A stretch of DNA of 64,000 bases from Oceanispirochaeta sp. (GTDB taxonomy: Bacteria > Spirochaetota > Spirochaetia > DSM-2461): assembly GCA_963666275.2 (NCBI GenBank), contig CAXXOA010000002.1, forward strand, positions 2,016,001 to 2,080,000. Direction: 5' to 3'. Shown one piece after another: positions 50,903-60,982 of this stretch; positions within the stretch are counted from its first letter, which is position 1, and the number at the start of each line of letters is the position of its first letter. A model generated the notes under the pieces. That model was not told the DNA's origin. It was given only the letters and a program-made list of their open reading frames with translations, and did no database searches. The translations under genes were made by a program, and so were the position numbers.

Positions 50903-52373
50903 AGCTGTCTATATTCTCCTGTATCGTTTCCCGGCAGAGTGTCATGATCCGTTCCATATCCGCCAGTTCTCTTCTGTACCAGTGCTTCAGATCATCCAGA
51001 TCGGTCACCGTGGTTTTTCTTCCTCCGGTTCCGGGAAGAGTTCCCAGGCCGGGAGAAATATTCCGGGGAAGGGACAGGTCTATCAGCAGGGTCTCCCTTT
51101 CCGGAGAGAACAGAGTGCTGTCTTTTTCATCCAGCAGATAGTCAGGACTGGAGGTGGCGGCGATGATAAAATCCGCTTCCATTATATACTCTTTGAATTC
51201 AGAGAGGGATATCATTTCTATGAGATCTTTTTCCGCCCCCTCCCATTCGGGAATTGTATTTCTGTAGGCACAGTAGAGGGGGATTCCCCGGGCCGCCAGA
51301 CGGCGGGCCATACCCCGGGCAATCACTCCGGTTCCCAGAATCATTCCCTTCCGGGGCTGTCCGGCTGTTTTCCGGATGTACTCCCAGGCAACGTCTTCGA
51401 TCTCAAACTCTTTCAGCAGGGGACCTGTCTCCCGCCGGATCAGCTTGGATATTCCCAGAGTTCTGGCGATCCAGTCATTCAGAATGGTCCCGGACCAGCC
51501 TTTTTCATCCGCCAGGGAGGCGGCTTCCTTGATCTGGGCCACAATATGATTCTCTCCGGGAGTCTGGGAATAGAGTCCTGCAAGGAGTTCGCTGCTGTGA
51601 AAAAAGGCCTGTTCTCCCCTGTGGAGATAGTACTCGCCGGTCTTCAGGGTCTCGAATCCCAGAATCCGGCTGATCAGGTCACTGACCGCTTCGTCATTGG
51701 ACACCACAGCCAGCACTTCAATGCGGTTGCATGTATTCAGGATCAGGAATTCATGGACACCCCAGATATGGGAGAGCATCATCCCCGTTTTTTCAAGCTT
51801 TTCTCCGGTCAGATGAAAGGGTTCCCTGCGGGAGATATCCAGCTGGAGATGGCTGGTCCCGATCACGAGGAGTTCCAGCGAGTCGATCATCTCTATGTGT
51901 TTCGCCAGGCTCTGTTTTATCAGTTTGGATCGTCTGCAGGAGGCTCCTCCGGTGGATACCGAGACGGAAAGTTCATCCTTCCGGAATATGGCGGGGGTGG
52001 TGAAATCCCCTTCGGGCCAGTTGCTGTCTATGGGGCAGCAGAGGATGCGCTTCTGCCGGCACTCCTGCAGGATCTCCCTGTTCAGAAGAGAATCGGAGGT
52101 GCCGCAGTACACAAGATCCTTGCCTTCCAGATCGCCGGATCTGAAGGGCCTCTGTTCCCAGTGAAAACAGCCCTTTCTGTAGAGATCCCCCACGCCTTCG
52201 CACATTTCGGGGCTTACAAGGGTCAGTTCGGCTCCCGACTGGATCAGGTTTTCAAGCTTCTTCAGGATACCCGGTCCGGCCCCGACTATAAGGCAGTGCT
52301 TCTCCTCCAGAAGCAGGCTGACGGGAAAGGTTTTTTTGATTAAGGGCCTGTATTTTCTGTTCATTCCTTTCAA
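50862..52373 (-). CDS. fusion: precorrin-2 dehydrogenase (SirC/CysG N-terminal) + glutamyl-tRNA reductase (HemA)
   Basis: N-terminal FP..L.LE...CLIVG.G, DF.TPA, VSVSTGG.S; then HemA IG.SH, TCNR.E, GE..I..Q.K, G.G..A, IDLS.PRNI, DLDDL. Confidence 0.88.
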   Translation of the reverse strand: MKGMNRKYRPLIKKTFPVSLLLEEKHCLIVGAGPGILKKLENLIQSGAELTLVSPEMCEGVGDLYRKGCFHWEQRPFRSGDLEGKDLVYCGTSDSLLNREILQECRQKRILCCPIDSNWPEGDFTTPAIFRKDELSVSVSTGGASCRRSKLIKQSLAKHIEMIDSLELLVIGTSHLQLDISRREPFHLTGEKLEKTGMMLSHIWGVHEFLILNTCNRIEVLAVVSNDEAVSDLISRILGFETLKTGEYYLHRGEQAFFHSSELLAGLYSQTPGENHIVAQIKEAASLADEKGWSGTILNDWIARTLGISKLIRRETGPLLKEFEIEDVAWEYIRKTAGQPRKGMILGTGVIARGMARRLAARGIPLYCAYRNTIPEWEGAEKDLIEMISLSEFKEYIMEADFIIAATSSPDYLLDEKDSTLFSPERETLLIDLSLPRNISPGLGTLPGTGGRKTTVTDLDDLKHWYRRELADMERIMTLCRETIQENIDSYERIAESVQSRKP

Positions 52374-53668
52374 AACTCCAGACTTTTCAGGGCTTCATAG
52401 GCGGAGTTCACAGTGTCCCGGATCATCTCTTCTGTATGAGCACAGGATATAAAGGCCGCTTCAAAGGCCGAAGGAGCCAGGTAAATTCCCTTTTCCAGGG
52501 AGGCCCTGAAATAGTCTCCGTACCGGCCGGTGTCGCAGGAACGGGCATCGTCAAAATTCCGGATCTCCTTCTGGTCTGTAAAGAACAGGGTCATCATGGC
52601 TCCCACTCTGTTGATCACAGCGGGGATTCCCAGTTTTGAGCAGCTGCTCTTCAGACCCTCTTCCAGCAGGGCTCCCTTTTTTTCAAGGGATTCATAAAAA
52701 TCCGGTGTGGAATCTATGGTTTCCAGTGTGGCCAGGCCTGCCGTGGTGGCCAGAGGGTTTCCCGAAAGGGTACCGGCCTGATAGACCGGTCCGGAGGGAG
52801 CCATGGTGTCCATAATCTCTTTCCTTCCCCCGTAGGCCGCCAGGGGCATACCGCCGCCGATGATTTTGCCGAAGGTGGAGAGGTCCGGAGTGATCCTGTA
52901 GCGCTCCTGGGCTCCTCCTTTCGCCACCCGGAAGCCTGTCATGACTTCGTCCAGTATCAGAAGGGTCCCTTCCCTGGCTGTTATATCTCTCAGCTGACTC
53001 AGGAATCCCTCTGCCGGGGGAACCACACCCATGTTGCCTGCTACGGGTTCTACAATCACGGCGGCTATGGCGCCTTTGTTGGCATCAAACAGGGCATTCA
53101 CCGAGTCCATATCGTTGTAACGGGCTATAAGGGTATCCGCAGCGGTTCCCTTTGTGACTCCCGGGCTGTTGGGGATTCCCAGAGTGGCGGCGCCGGAACC
53201 GGCGGCAATGAGAAAGCTGTCGGCATGACCGTGGTAGCAGCCCTCGAATTTGATGATTTTGTCCCGCCCTGTGAACCCCCGGGCCAGACGGATGGCGCTC
53301 ATGGTGGCTTCAGTTCCCGAATTGACAAGCCGGGTTTTCTCCATGGAGGGAACCATGGTGCGGATTTTTTCCGCCAGGAGCGTTTCAGTTTTTGTGGGAG
53401 CCCCGAAGCTCAATCCTTTCTGACAGGCTTTCTGGACAGCTGAGACAATCATAGGATGGGCGTGTCCCAGAATCAGCGGCCCCCAGGAACCCACGTAATC
53501 CAGATATCTGTTGCCGTCTATGTCATATATATAGGGGCCTTCTCCCTTTTCGATAAACAGGGGATTTCCTCCAACAGAGGAAAAAGCCCGGACCGGAGAG
53601 TTCACTCCTCCGGGAATGCAGGCATTGGCTTTTTCAAATTCTATCAGGCTCTTATTTATGGATTTCAT
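52370..53668 (-). CDS. hemL: glutamate-1-semialdehyde 2,1-aminomutase
   Basis: PGGVNSPVRAF, NSGTEA, GCYHGH, DEVMTGFR, GKIIGGG, YQAGTLSGNP. Confidence 0.97.
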   Translation of the reverse strand: MKSINKSLIEFEKANACIPGGVNSPVRAFSSVGGNPLFIEKGEGPYIYDIDGNRYLDYVGSWGPLILGHAHPMIVSAVQKACQKGLSFGAPTKTETLLAEKIRTMVPSMEKTRLVNSGTEATMSAIRLARGFTGRDKIIKFEGCYHGHADSFLIAAGSGAATLGIPNSPGVTKGTAADTLIARYNDMDSVNALFDANKGAIAAVIVEPVAGNMGVVPPAEGFLSQLRDITAREGTLLILDEVMTGFRVAKGGAQERYRITPDLSTFGKIIGGGMPLAAYGGRKEIMDTMAPSGPVYQAGTLSGNPLATTAGLATLETIDSTPDFYESLEKKGALLEEGLKSSCSKLGIPAVINRVGAMMTLFFTDQKEIRNFDDARSCDTGRYGDYFRASLEKGIYLAPSAFEAAFISCAHTEEMIRDTVNSAYEALKSLEF

Positions 53669-53927
53669 GACAGGTTCCTTTATTCCGGTAGATTCTCTTC
53701 CCTCTAGATCTTAATCCGATCAGAGGGGAAAAGATTTTCTTTTCCTGTGATCTTCTTGTAAAAAATTGCGGTTTTATGTCTTTTTCCATCCATCAATCGT
53801 CCATTGAAGGAGCAAGAACATCTCTCGGGGAGGAAAAGGAACTTTCCCTCGTTCCGGGATTCCTTTAGAATGGCATTAATTGACTTCTTTTTCTATCAGT
53901 TGCAGGAGTATTGGGGGAGATAAGATC

Positions 53928-54719
53928 ATGGGCGGAAAAAAGGCATTGCTTGTCATCAGTTTCGGGACTTCTTATGAGGAAACACGGGAAAAGACCATAG
54001 GGGCCTGCGAAAAGGCTCTCTCCCTTTCGTTTCCCGATTATGACCTGAAACGGGCTTTTACCTCCCGATTCATTATCCGTAAACTGGCCCGCCGGGACGG
54101 CCTGGCTGTAGATACTCCTGTTATGGCTGTGGAAAGGCTCCTGCAGGAGCAGTACGACCAGGTGCTCATTCAGCCCCTTACAATCCTGAGCGGCCAGGAA
54201 TACTCCCGGAAAATTCTCCACCCCCTGTTTCCTTTCAGAAAATATTTCCGTTCATTCACTCTGGGGGAACCCCTGATTTATCACGACAGGGATTATGATG
54301 CCCTGCTGGATGCCCTGGAAGGTCAGGTTCCTTCTCTGGAAAGTGATGAAGCGCTGGTCTTTATGGGCCACGGTTCGGACAGTCCGGCCAATGCGGTCTA
54401 CAGCTGTCTGCAGCTGAAAGCCCGGGACAGGGATCTTCCCTGGGAGATCGGCTGCGTCGAAGGCTATCCGGGGCCGGAAATCCTTTTGAACAATCTGAAA
54501 AAACGGAATGTCCGCCGGGTTCATCTGATGCCCCTCATGCTTGTAGCGGGAGACCACGCCCGTAACGATATGGCCGGGGATGATCCCGAGAGCTGGCGGT
54601 CCCTCTTTTCTGCCGCCGGGTATGAGGTGGAGTGTCATCTCAGTGGGCTGGGGGAGAATCCTCAGATCCAGCAGATCTTCTGCCGGAAAGCCCGGGAGGC
54701 TTTCAATCCGCCTTCCTAA
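53928..54719 (+). CDS. cbiK: sirohydrochlorin cobaltochelatase
   Basis: SFGTS, RAFTS, FMGHG, VEGYP, PLMLVAGDHA.NDM, GLGE. Confidence 0.93.
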   Translation: MGGKKALLVISFGTSYEETREKTIGACEKALSLSFPDYDLKRAFTSRFIIRKLARRDGLAVDTPVMAVERLLQEQYDQVLIQPLTILSGQEYSRKILHPLFPFRKYFRSFTLGEPLIYHDRDYDALLDALEGQVPSLESDEALVFMGHGSDSPANAVYSCLQLKARDRDLPWEIGCVEGYPGPEILLNNLKKRNVRRVHLMPLMLVAGDHARNDMAGDDPESWRSLFSAAGYEVECHLSGLGENPQIQQIFCRKAREAFNPPS

Positions 54720-55693
54720 TCCCGGACTTCCTCCAGGAAATACCGGACCCTCTCTTTTTTATACTCTTTTGTGCTGAACAGGATCAGGGTTTCCTCGGCG
54801 GCGATCTCCTCTGCTATGGCGGCAATGGTTTCCCGGCACTCCTGTTCACTGTGCCCGTGGGTCATGGCCAGCAGAGGGTAGGGCCAGTCGGGATAGGTGG
54901 GCCTGTTGTAGCAGTGGGATACCTGGGAAAACTGAGCGGCCCCATGACCTGCCTGATCCAGACGTTCCGGGGGAAGGCGGAAGCAGGCCAGGCCGTTGGA
55001 GGCAAACCCGGTTTTTCTGTGACGGATCACAGCGGAAATCCGTTTTATAGCCCCCCTCTGCTTCAGCTGCCTGATCCCTTCCATCAGGGACTCTTCCGAT
55101 CTGTCCAGGGTGAGGGCAATTTCCCTCCAGGGATTCTCCACCAGCGGGAAGGGCTTCTGCAGTTCTCTGATCAGAGGGGTATCCAGAGCCCCTCTGACAG
55201 TCTGAACTTCCACCGGGGCAGAAGGAGCATCTTTCTTTGCTGCACTGTGACGGAAGTTGACTCCCAGCTTGTAGGTTTTCAGAGAGGGGAGGAGCCTGTA
55301 GGAGGTATAGTTCTCTTCTTTCAGAAGGTTCAGGATCTCCCTGTGGAAGTCATTTTCTTCGGGTATGGTCAGGGTAAACCAGATATTGAAGGCATGCTCC
55401 CTGTAATAGTTGTGGGACACCCCGGGATGGGCGCTGATCACGGCGGCGGTCCTGTCGGGTTCGGGGGAACTGAGAGCTACCAGGCTGCTCTTGTATCCCA
55501 GGGCCCGGGCGTTATAGATCGCCGAGATCTCCCGGATCAGATTCCGGTCCACCAGGCTCTGCAGGGTTCTCAGGTATTCATCCCTCTCCAGTCCCGCCCT
55601 TTCGGCGATGAGCCGGAAGGGAGCGTGTACAAGGGGAATATCCTGCTGAATAGTGTCCAGAACGACTCTCTCTTTTTCGCTTAAATCGGTCAT
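54716..55693 (-). CDS. siroheme decarboxylase, fused AhbA-AhbB
   Basis: Two Lrp/AsnC-like halves: VSHNY.R...FNIWFT and VSHCY.R...DWPY.L..M.HG. Confidence 0.88.
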   Translation of the reverse strand: MTDLSEKERVVLDTIQQDIPLVHAPFRLIAERAGLERDEYLRTLQSLVDRNLIREISAIYNARALGYKSSLVALSSPEPDRTAAVISAHPGVSHNYYREHAFNIWFTLTIPEENDFHREILNLLKEENYTSYRLLPSLKTYKLGVNFRHSAAKKDAPSAPVEVQTVRGALDTPLIRELQKPFPLVENPWREIALTLDRSEESLMEGIRQLKQRGAIKRISAVIRHRKTGFASNGLACFRLPPERLDQAGHGAAQFSQVSHCYNRPTYPDWPYPLLAMTHGHSEQECRETIAAIAEEIAAEETLILFSTKEYKKERVRYFLEEVRD

Positions 55694-55719
55694 GATTGTT
55701 TCTGGTCTCCCGCCTTTTT

Positions 55720-56802
55720 CTATCGACCTGAAGAGGGTTCATACAGGCAGTAGGGCTCCTCTTCCATGGGATCTCCTGAGGCCGCAAAAGCCCGGCCCCG
55801 GCAGCCTCCGCAGACCTTCCAGTAGCCGCAGCGGCCGCACTTTCCCCTGTAGTTGTTCCTGTCCCGGATTTTCCCGAACAGAGGGGAGTCCTCCCAGATC
55901 CTCTGAAAGTCTCCCTCCGATTCCCGGATATCCCCGGCCTTCTCCTCCAGAAAACCGCAGATCTGAACCCGTCCCGTATGGGAGATAAAGGCGAAGCCCT
56001 GGCCGCCCAGACAGCCTTTGGTCATGGCGTTGAGGCCATGAGTGGCGGGGGTCACCTTCCTTCCCGCTTCCTCTTCCCTCTGTCGGAAGATCCTGTAGTA
56101 GTGGGGCGCACAGGTGGGTTTTATCTGGATCTCTCCCTCAAGGCTCTGCCTGTAGATCCAGTTCAGGATCTCCTCGTACTCGGCGGCGTCTATAACGAAC
56201 TCCTCCAGATCCTTCCCCCGTCCGGTGGGCACCAGCATAAAAGGATGGAAGCTCACAGCGCCCAGTTCTTTTGCCAGGTTCAGAATCCTGTCCAGACTCC
56301 TGTAATTGAACCGGGTGACTGTTGTATTGATCTGAAACTCCAGGCCTGCTCCCTTCGCCAGTTCACAGGCTTTTAATGCCCCATCGAAGGCCCCGGGAAC
56401 CTGACGGAAACTGTCATGGCTCTCCCTGTCGGGGCCGTCTATGCTGAGAGAGATTCTGCTGATCCCCGCATCGATCATTTTCCGGGTGTTCTCCCGGTTC
56501 ATAAGGTTACCGCAGGGGGCCATGACCATCCGGAGCCCCAGAGAGGTCCCGTAGGAGGCGATCTCATAGATATCCTCCCGGATCATGGGCTCTCCTCCGG
56601 TCAGGATTATAATGGGTTTGCTGAAGGAGGCTATATTTTCAAGCAGCCCGAAGGCTTCCTCAGTGCTGAGCTCTCCCTCATAGGGCCTGTTTGCCGCTTC
56701 CGCCCGGCAGTGGCGGCAGTTGTAATGGCAGCGTCGGGTGGTTTCCCAGGCGATCAGCCGGGGCGGTTTGACACGGCCGGAATATTCAGCAGGATGTGCC
56801 AT
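55720..56802 (-). CDS. ahbD: heme b synthase, radical SAM/SPASM
   Basis: RLIAWE.TR.C...C.HCRA, TGGEP, LVPTGRG, KPTCAPHYYR, GCLGG. Confidence 0.9.
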   Translation of the reverse strand: MAHPAEYSGRVKPPRLIAWETTRRCHYNCRHCRAEAANRPYEGELSTEEAFGLLENIASFSKPIIILTGGEPMIREDIYEIASYGTSLGLRMVMAPCGNLMNRENTRKMIDAGISRISLSIDGPDRESHDSFRQVPGAFDGALKACELAKGAGLEFQINTTVTRFNYRSLDRILNLAKELGAVSFHPFMLVPTGRGKDLEEFVIDAAEYEEILNWIYRQSLEGEIQIKPTCAPHYYRIFRQREEEAGRKVTPATHGLNAMTKGCLGGQGFAFISHTGRVQICGFLEEKAGDIRESEGDFQRIWEDSPLFGKIRDRNNYRGKCGRCGYWKVCGGCRGRAFAASGDPMEEEPYCLYEPSSGR

Positions 56803-58003
56803 AATCTTCCGCCTCCTTCCGGTTCAGTCCGATCTCTTCATCGGTCAGATAGCAGGCGGGATCCTCCATCCACAGATCATCATGGACCGCTTCGGCCCGG
56901 ACCCGGAAGTTACCCCCGCAGAGGTCCAGATAGCGGCACCGGGCGCAGCGGCCCTTCACATGGGGCCTCTTGTCTTTCAGTTTAGCCATCAGGGGATCGG
57001 AAGTATCACTCCATATCTCACTGAAGGGCCGCCGGGTTATATTTCCGAAAGAGTGGTGACGCCAGAACTGATCCGCATGGACCTCTCCGTCCCAGCTGAC
57101 GCAGCCGATGCCGTTGCCCGTGCTGTTGCCGCCGTTCATCTTCAGGAGTTCCAGTACATCCTCCGCCCGGGGATGGCCCTCTTTTTTCATTCTCAGATAG
57201 AGGTAGACCCCGTCGGCGTGGTTGTCTACAGTGAGAACTTCCGTTTTCAGGCCTTCTGAATAGAGTTTTTCCGTTTCGTCAATCAGGAGGTCTACGGTGT
57301 CTCTGGTCTCTTCATGGGAAAGGTCCTCGTCCCGGATTTGGCTCCCCCGTCCGGCGTAGACAAGATGGTAAAAGCAGATCCGGGGGATCTGTTCCTGCCG
57401 GATAAGGGAGAAGACTCCCGGGATATCCCGGGTATTGTTTTTATTGATTGTCATCCTCAGGCCCACTTTGATTCCCGCTTCCCGGCAGTTCCGCAGGCCC
57501 TGAAGAGCCTCCTGAAAAGCCCCCTCTTTTCCCCTGAACCGGTCGTGAGTCTCTTCCAGGCCGTCCAGGCTGATCCCCACATAGGAGAGATCCAATTCCT
57601 TCAGCTTCCGGGCGGTTTCGGCTGTTATGAGCGTTCCATTGGTGGACAGAACCGCCCGCATCCCCCTGGCTCTGGCATGAGCGATCAGTTCGAAAAGGTC
57701 CTTCCTCATCAGAGGCTCCCCGCCGGAAAACAGGAGCACCGGAGATCCGAAGGCCGCCAGATCATCGATCAGAGCCAGTCCCTGCTCGGTTGTGAGCTCC
57801 CCCTGGTAGTCCCGGTTCCGGGACTGGGAGTAGCAGTGGCGGCATCTGAGATTGCACCGCCTTGTCACATTCCAGACCACCACGGGTTTCTTGTCCTTTG
57901 AAAACTGGAGAAGGTGGGAGGGGAGCTTTCCCGAATGCCGCCCGTACCGGAGGGGATCCGACGGTTCTACGGTGCCGCAGTAAAGTTTTGAAATGCCTAC
58001 CAT
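56786..58003 (-). CDS. ahbC: Fe-coproporphyrin synthase (12,18-didecarboxysiroheme deacetylase), radical SAM
   Basis: GISKLYCG.VE..D.LRYGR, PVVVWN.T..CNL.C.HCY, VLTVDNHADG, DQFW, CGGNFR.RA. Confidence 0.92.
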   Translation of the reverse strand: MVGISKLYCGTVEPSDPLRYGRHSGKLPSHLLQFSKDKKPVVVWNVTRRCNLRCRHCYSQSRNRDYQGELTTEQGLALIDDLAAFGSPVLLFSGGEPLMRKDLFELIAHARARGMRAVLSTNGTLITAETARKLKELDLSYVGISLDGLEETHDRFRGKEGAFQEALQGLRNCREAGIKVGLRMTINKNNTRDIPGVFSLIRQEQIPRICFYHLVYAGRGSQIRDEDLSHEETRDTVDLLIDETEKLYSEGLKTEVLTVDNHADGVYLYLRMKKEGHPRAEDVLELLKMNGGNSTGNGIGCVSWDGEVHADQFWRHHSFGNITRRPFSEIWSDTSDPLMAKLKDKRPHVKGRCARCRYLDLCGGNFRVRAEAVHDDLWMEDPACYLTDEEIGLNRKEAEDYGTSC

Positions 58004-58203
58004 GAAAAGAGTCCTGTTTTGAAAAAATTGGAACGAAAGGGAAAATTATCCGGTTTCGATGGTCTCAATTATATTAGAAGTCCCTCCTGTTACACTAGGT
58101 TTTTCTTTGAATACTTTTATCAGATACGTTCAAGGTTTGGCAAAGAATCGGAAAATATTCCAAAACAGTCGCTGAATCGTTACAAGAACCGGGCAGGCAA
58201 AGT

Positions 58204-59598
58204 ATGATACAAAACTGTATGAGCCACCCCCGAAAAGCTATGAGTTTCAAATACCGCCAGGAAATCCTGGAAGGGCCGGTCTATTCTCTCCTTCTGAAAA
58301 TGGGCCTTCCCGGTATGATAACTCTCTTTCTGCAGGCCGGATTCAATCTGGTGGACCGGTTATTTGTTTCCCGTCTGGGGGAGGAACTGCTGGGATCGGT
58401 GGGGCTGGCTTTTGTGATCCAGTCCCTTCTGATGGCCCTGGCAGGCGGGCTGGGATCGGGGCTGCGCTCCCATACCTCCAGGGCCGTCGGGGCGGACCGC
58501 CGGGAAGCGGTCCTGGAGGGAGCCCGGCAGATCTCCTATATCGTTATTGTCGCCGGTGTTCTCCTGGCAGTAGCCGGTCCTCCTCTCTCCTGGCTGATCT
58601 ACCGCCTGATGGGAGTGGATCCCTCTCTTATGGCTCCCACCATGGCCTATACCTCCATCATACTGTACGGCGCGGTCTTCAATCTGGCCTCCCTCTCGGG
58701 AAACAGCCTTCTGCGCGGGGTCGGCGAGATGAAAGCCCCCATGAAGTACATGCTTCTAGGGCTCCTTGTGAATGCTCTGGCAGATCCTCTCCTCATATAC
58801 GGCCCGGGACCTTTCCCGGCTCTGGGCATCAAAGGGGCCGCTCTGGCAACCGTTCTGGGCCGGGCCGTGGGGGTGTTCCTCATGGTGAGGCGGCTTATCC
58901 GGGAAGGCGCCTTTTTTGAGAAACCCCTGTATCCTTTCAGACCGGACAGGCAGATCCTGGCCAGCATCATGAGGGTCGGGCTTCCCTCTATGACAACCAG
59001 GTCTCTTAATGCTCTGGGGATGGGGCTTGTCTACTCTCTTGTTGTTCCTTTCGGTATCAGCGCCGCCGCAGCCTACACGGTCAGTATGACCTATCAGCGG
59101 CTTATCCTCATTCCCGTTAACGGTCTGTCCGGCGCGGCTGTCACCATGGTGGGGCAGAACGGAGGAGCCGGTCAGCTGGACAGGACAAAGGAAATCTTCA
59201 GGAAATCCCAGCAGATGATCACCGTGTACATCGGAATCCTCTCTCTGGGGATTGTCTTTCTGGCCCGGCCTCTCTGCGGTCTGCTTCTTGAGGATGTCGA
59301 GTCTGTGCAGCTGGGAGCCAGGATGCTCCGAATGCTGGCTCCGGGATACCTCTTTATGGCTTCCCGGATAGCTACGGTGGGGAGTCTGAACGCCCTGGGG
59401 TATGGAACCCAGGGGCTGATTGTCAGCCTGAGCCAGAAATTTATCCTGACCTTTCCCCTGGCATGGCTGCTCTCCCGTTTCATCGGCCTGGACGGCCTGT
59501 GGATCGGTCTCAGCAGCGGCCATTTTCTCGCCGCCGGAATCGGTGTGTTCATATTTTACTATTCACTGAAAAAATACCCCGTTAAGATAGAACGTTGA
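58204..59598 (+). CDS. MATE family efflux transporter
   Basis: N.VD..FV..LG, LRG.G....PM, N...DP.LI.G, GAA.AT, GQN.GA; start uncertain. Confidence 0.9.
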   Translation: MIQNCMSHPRKAMSFKYRQEILEGPVYSLLLKMGLPGMITLFLQAGFNLVDRLFVSRLGEELLGSVGLAFVIQSLLMALAGGLGSGLRSHTSRAVGADRREAVLEGARQISYIVIVAGVLLAVAGPPLSWLIYRLMGVDPSLMAPTMAYTSIILYGAVFNLASLSGNSLLRGVGEMKAPMKYMLLGLLVNALADPLLIYGPGPFPALGIKGAALATVLGRAVGVFLMVRRLIREGAFFEKPLYPFRPDRQILASIMRVGLPSMTTRSLNALGMGLVYSLVVPFGISAAAAYTVSMTYQRLILIPVNGLSGAAVTMVGQNGGAGQLDRTKEIFRKSQQMITVYIGILSLGIVFLARPLCGLLLEDVESVQLGARMLRMLAPGYLFMASRIATVGSLNALGYGTQGLIVSLSQKFILTFPLAWLLSRFIGLDGLWIGLSSGHFLAAGIGVFIFYYSLKKYPVKIER

Positions 59599-59614
59599 AT
59601 AAGGAGTTTTTGTA

Positions 59615-60982
59615 ATGATTTCCATCATAGGAATGGGTCCGGGAGATCCGGCTTATATAACAGACAAGGCAAAGGAGCTTATAGAAAAGGCTCACAGGGT
59701 CTATGCTTTTCCCTTTCATCTGGAACAGATGGCCGTCCCCGAGGAGAAGGCCGAATCCATTGAGGGCTGTCTGAGCGATCTGCCCAAAAGGCTGGACGCC
59801 ATGGATGACACTCTGAATCTGGCGGTACTGGTTTCGGGGGATCCTCTTGTTTTCAGCCTGACCAGACGGATTACCTCCACTCTGGACCCCGGAAAATGGG
59901 AGATCATCCCGGCCGTGGGAAGCGCCCAGATCCTCAGTTCCCGACTGGGACTCCAGAGCCCTCTCCCCGAAGAGATCTCCGTTCACGGCCGCCCCATGGA
60001 CAATATCCTTCCCGGTCTGAACCGTCAGACTCCCATGATTGTCTATACGGACAGCCGGAATACACCTGCTGAAGTGGCCCGGTACATGGCGGAGAAAGAG
60101 GCCTTCCACTGGCGTATGGTCATAGGCAGTGAACTTACAAGAGAAGGGGAGAAGATCATCCATACCACCCCCTCGGAACTTCTGAGGAATAAAACCCTCT
60201 GTGATGGCTCCTATGACTGGGGGCTCAATCTTGTCTATCTCTCTCCTGTAGAAGAAAAAGTCAAGAAAAAAGGCTTTCTCTACGGAATCGGCATAGGCCC
60301 CGGAGACCCCGAACTGATCCCTGTCAAAGCCCTGCGGATCCTGAAGCAGTCCGATGTGATCCTCACCCCCAGCGGCGGAAAGGACAAAGTCTCCATTGCA
60401 AGGCAGATCCTGGAGAGCGCCGCCGGGACGGAGCTTCCCTTTCAGGAACTTGTCTATCCCATGGTGAAGGACAGGGATGTACTGGACAGCCACTGGGAGG
60501 AAGCCGCCCGGGTGTGTGCGGAACTTCTGAAGGAGGGGAAGCAGGTCAGCTTTATCACCCTGGGAGATCCCTCGCTGTACTCCACATTCTCCTACCTCTG
60601 CAACGCCCTGAAGGAGATCCTGCCCGATGCCCGGTGGGAGGTCATTCCCGGCATCAGCAGCATACAGCTGGCAGCGGCCCGGCTGGGACTCCCCCTGGCT
60701 CTGGGGCATGACAGATGCTCCATCCTGCCCACGCCGGATGATCTGGAAGAGCTCAAACCCCTTCTGAAGAGTCATGAGTCCATTATCCTGATGAAGGTGA
60801 GTCACCGGCTGAAGCCCCTGAAGGATTTCCTGGCCCGGGAGGGCCTGAGTGATCAGGCGGCTTTTATCTACAAAGCGGGATTCAAAGAAGAGTACAAGGC
60901 CTACAGCTTCAACGAGCTGGACGACTCCCGGGACGGCTATCTCTCCATCGTGATGATCCGGACCCGGCGTTCCTGGCTGTAG
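59615..60982 (+). CDS. fusion: CbiE-type C5-methyltransferase + CbiL/CobI C20-methyltransferase
   Basis: Two tetrapyrrole methylase domains: IGMGPG, SGDP, S.HGR, G..L....E (CbiE) and GIGPGDPEL, TLGDPSLYSTF, MK, YLS (CbiL). Confidence 0.85.
   Translation: MISIIGMGPGDPAYITDKAKELIEKAHRVYAFPFHLEQMAVPEEKAESIEGCLSDLPKRLDAMDDTLNLAVLVSGDPLVFSLTRRITSTLDPGKWEIIPAVGSAQILSSRLGLQSPLPEEISVHGRPMDNILPGLNRQTPMIVYTDSRNTPAEVARYMAEKEAFHWRMVIGSELTREGEKIIHTTPSELLRNKTLCDGSYDWGLNLVYLSPVEEKVKKKGFLYGIGIGPGDPELIPVKALRILKQSDVILTPSGGKDKVSIARQILESAAGTELPFQELVYPMVKDRDVLDSHWEEAARVCAELLKEGKQVSFITLGDPSLYSTFSYLCNALKEILPDARWEVIPGISSIQLAAARLGLPLALGHDRCSILPTPDDLEELKPLLKSHESIILMKVSHRLKPLKDFLAREGLSDQAAFIYKAGFKEEYKAYSFNELDDSRDGYLSIVMIRTRRSWL
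60880..60980 (+). repeat. left copy of 101-bp direct repeat (3' end of cbiE-cbiL)
   Basis: Matches 61981-62081 with one mismatch. Confidence 0.95.

Noticed and set aside
53669..53927. Cobalamin riboswitch upstream of cbiK/hemL
   Set aside because: Could not find the B12-box or GCCACTG/GGGAAG core by eye; an Rfam covariance search would be decisive.
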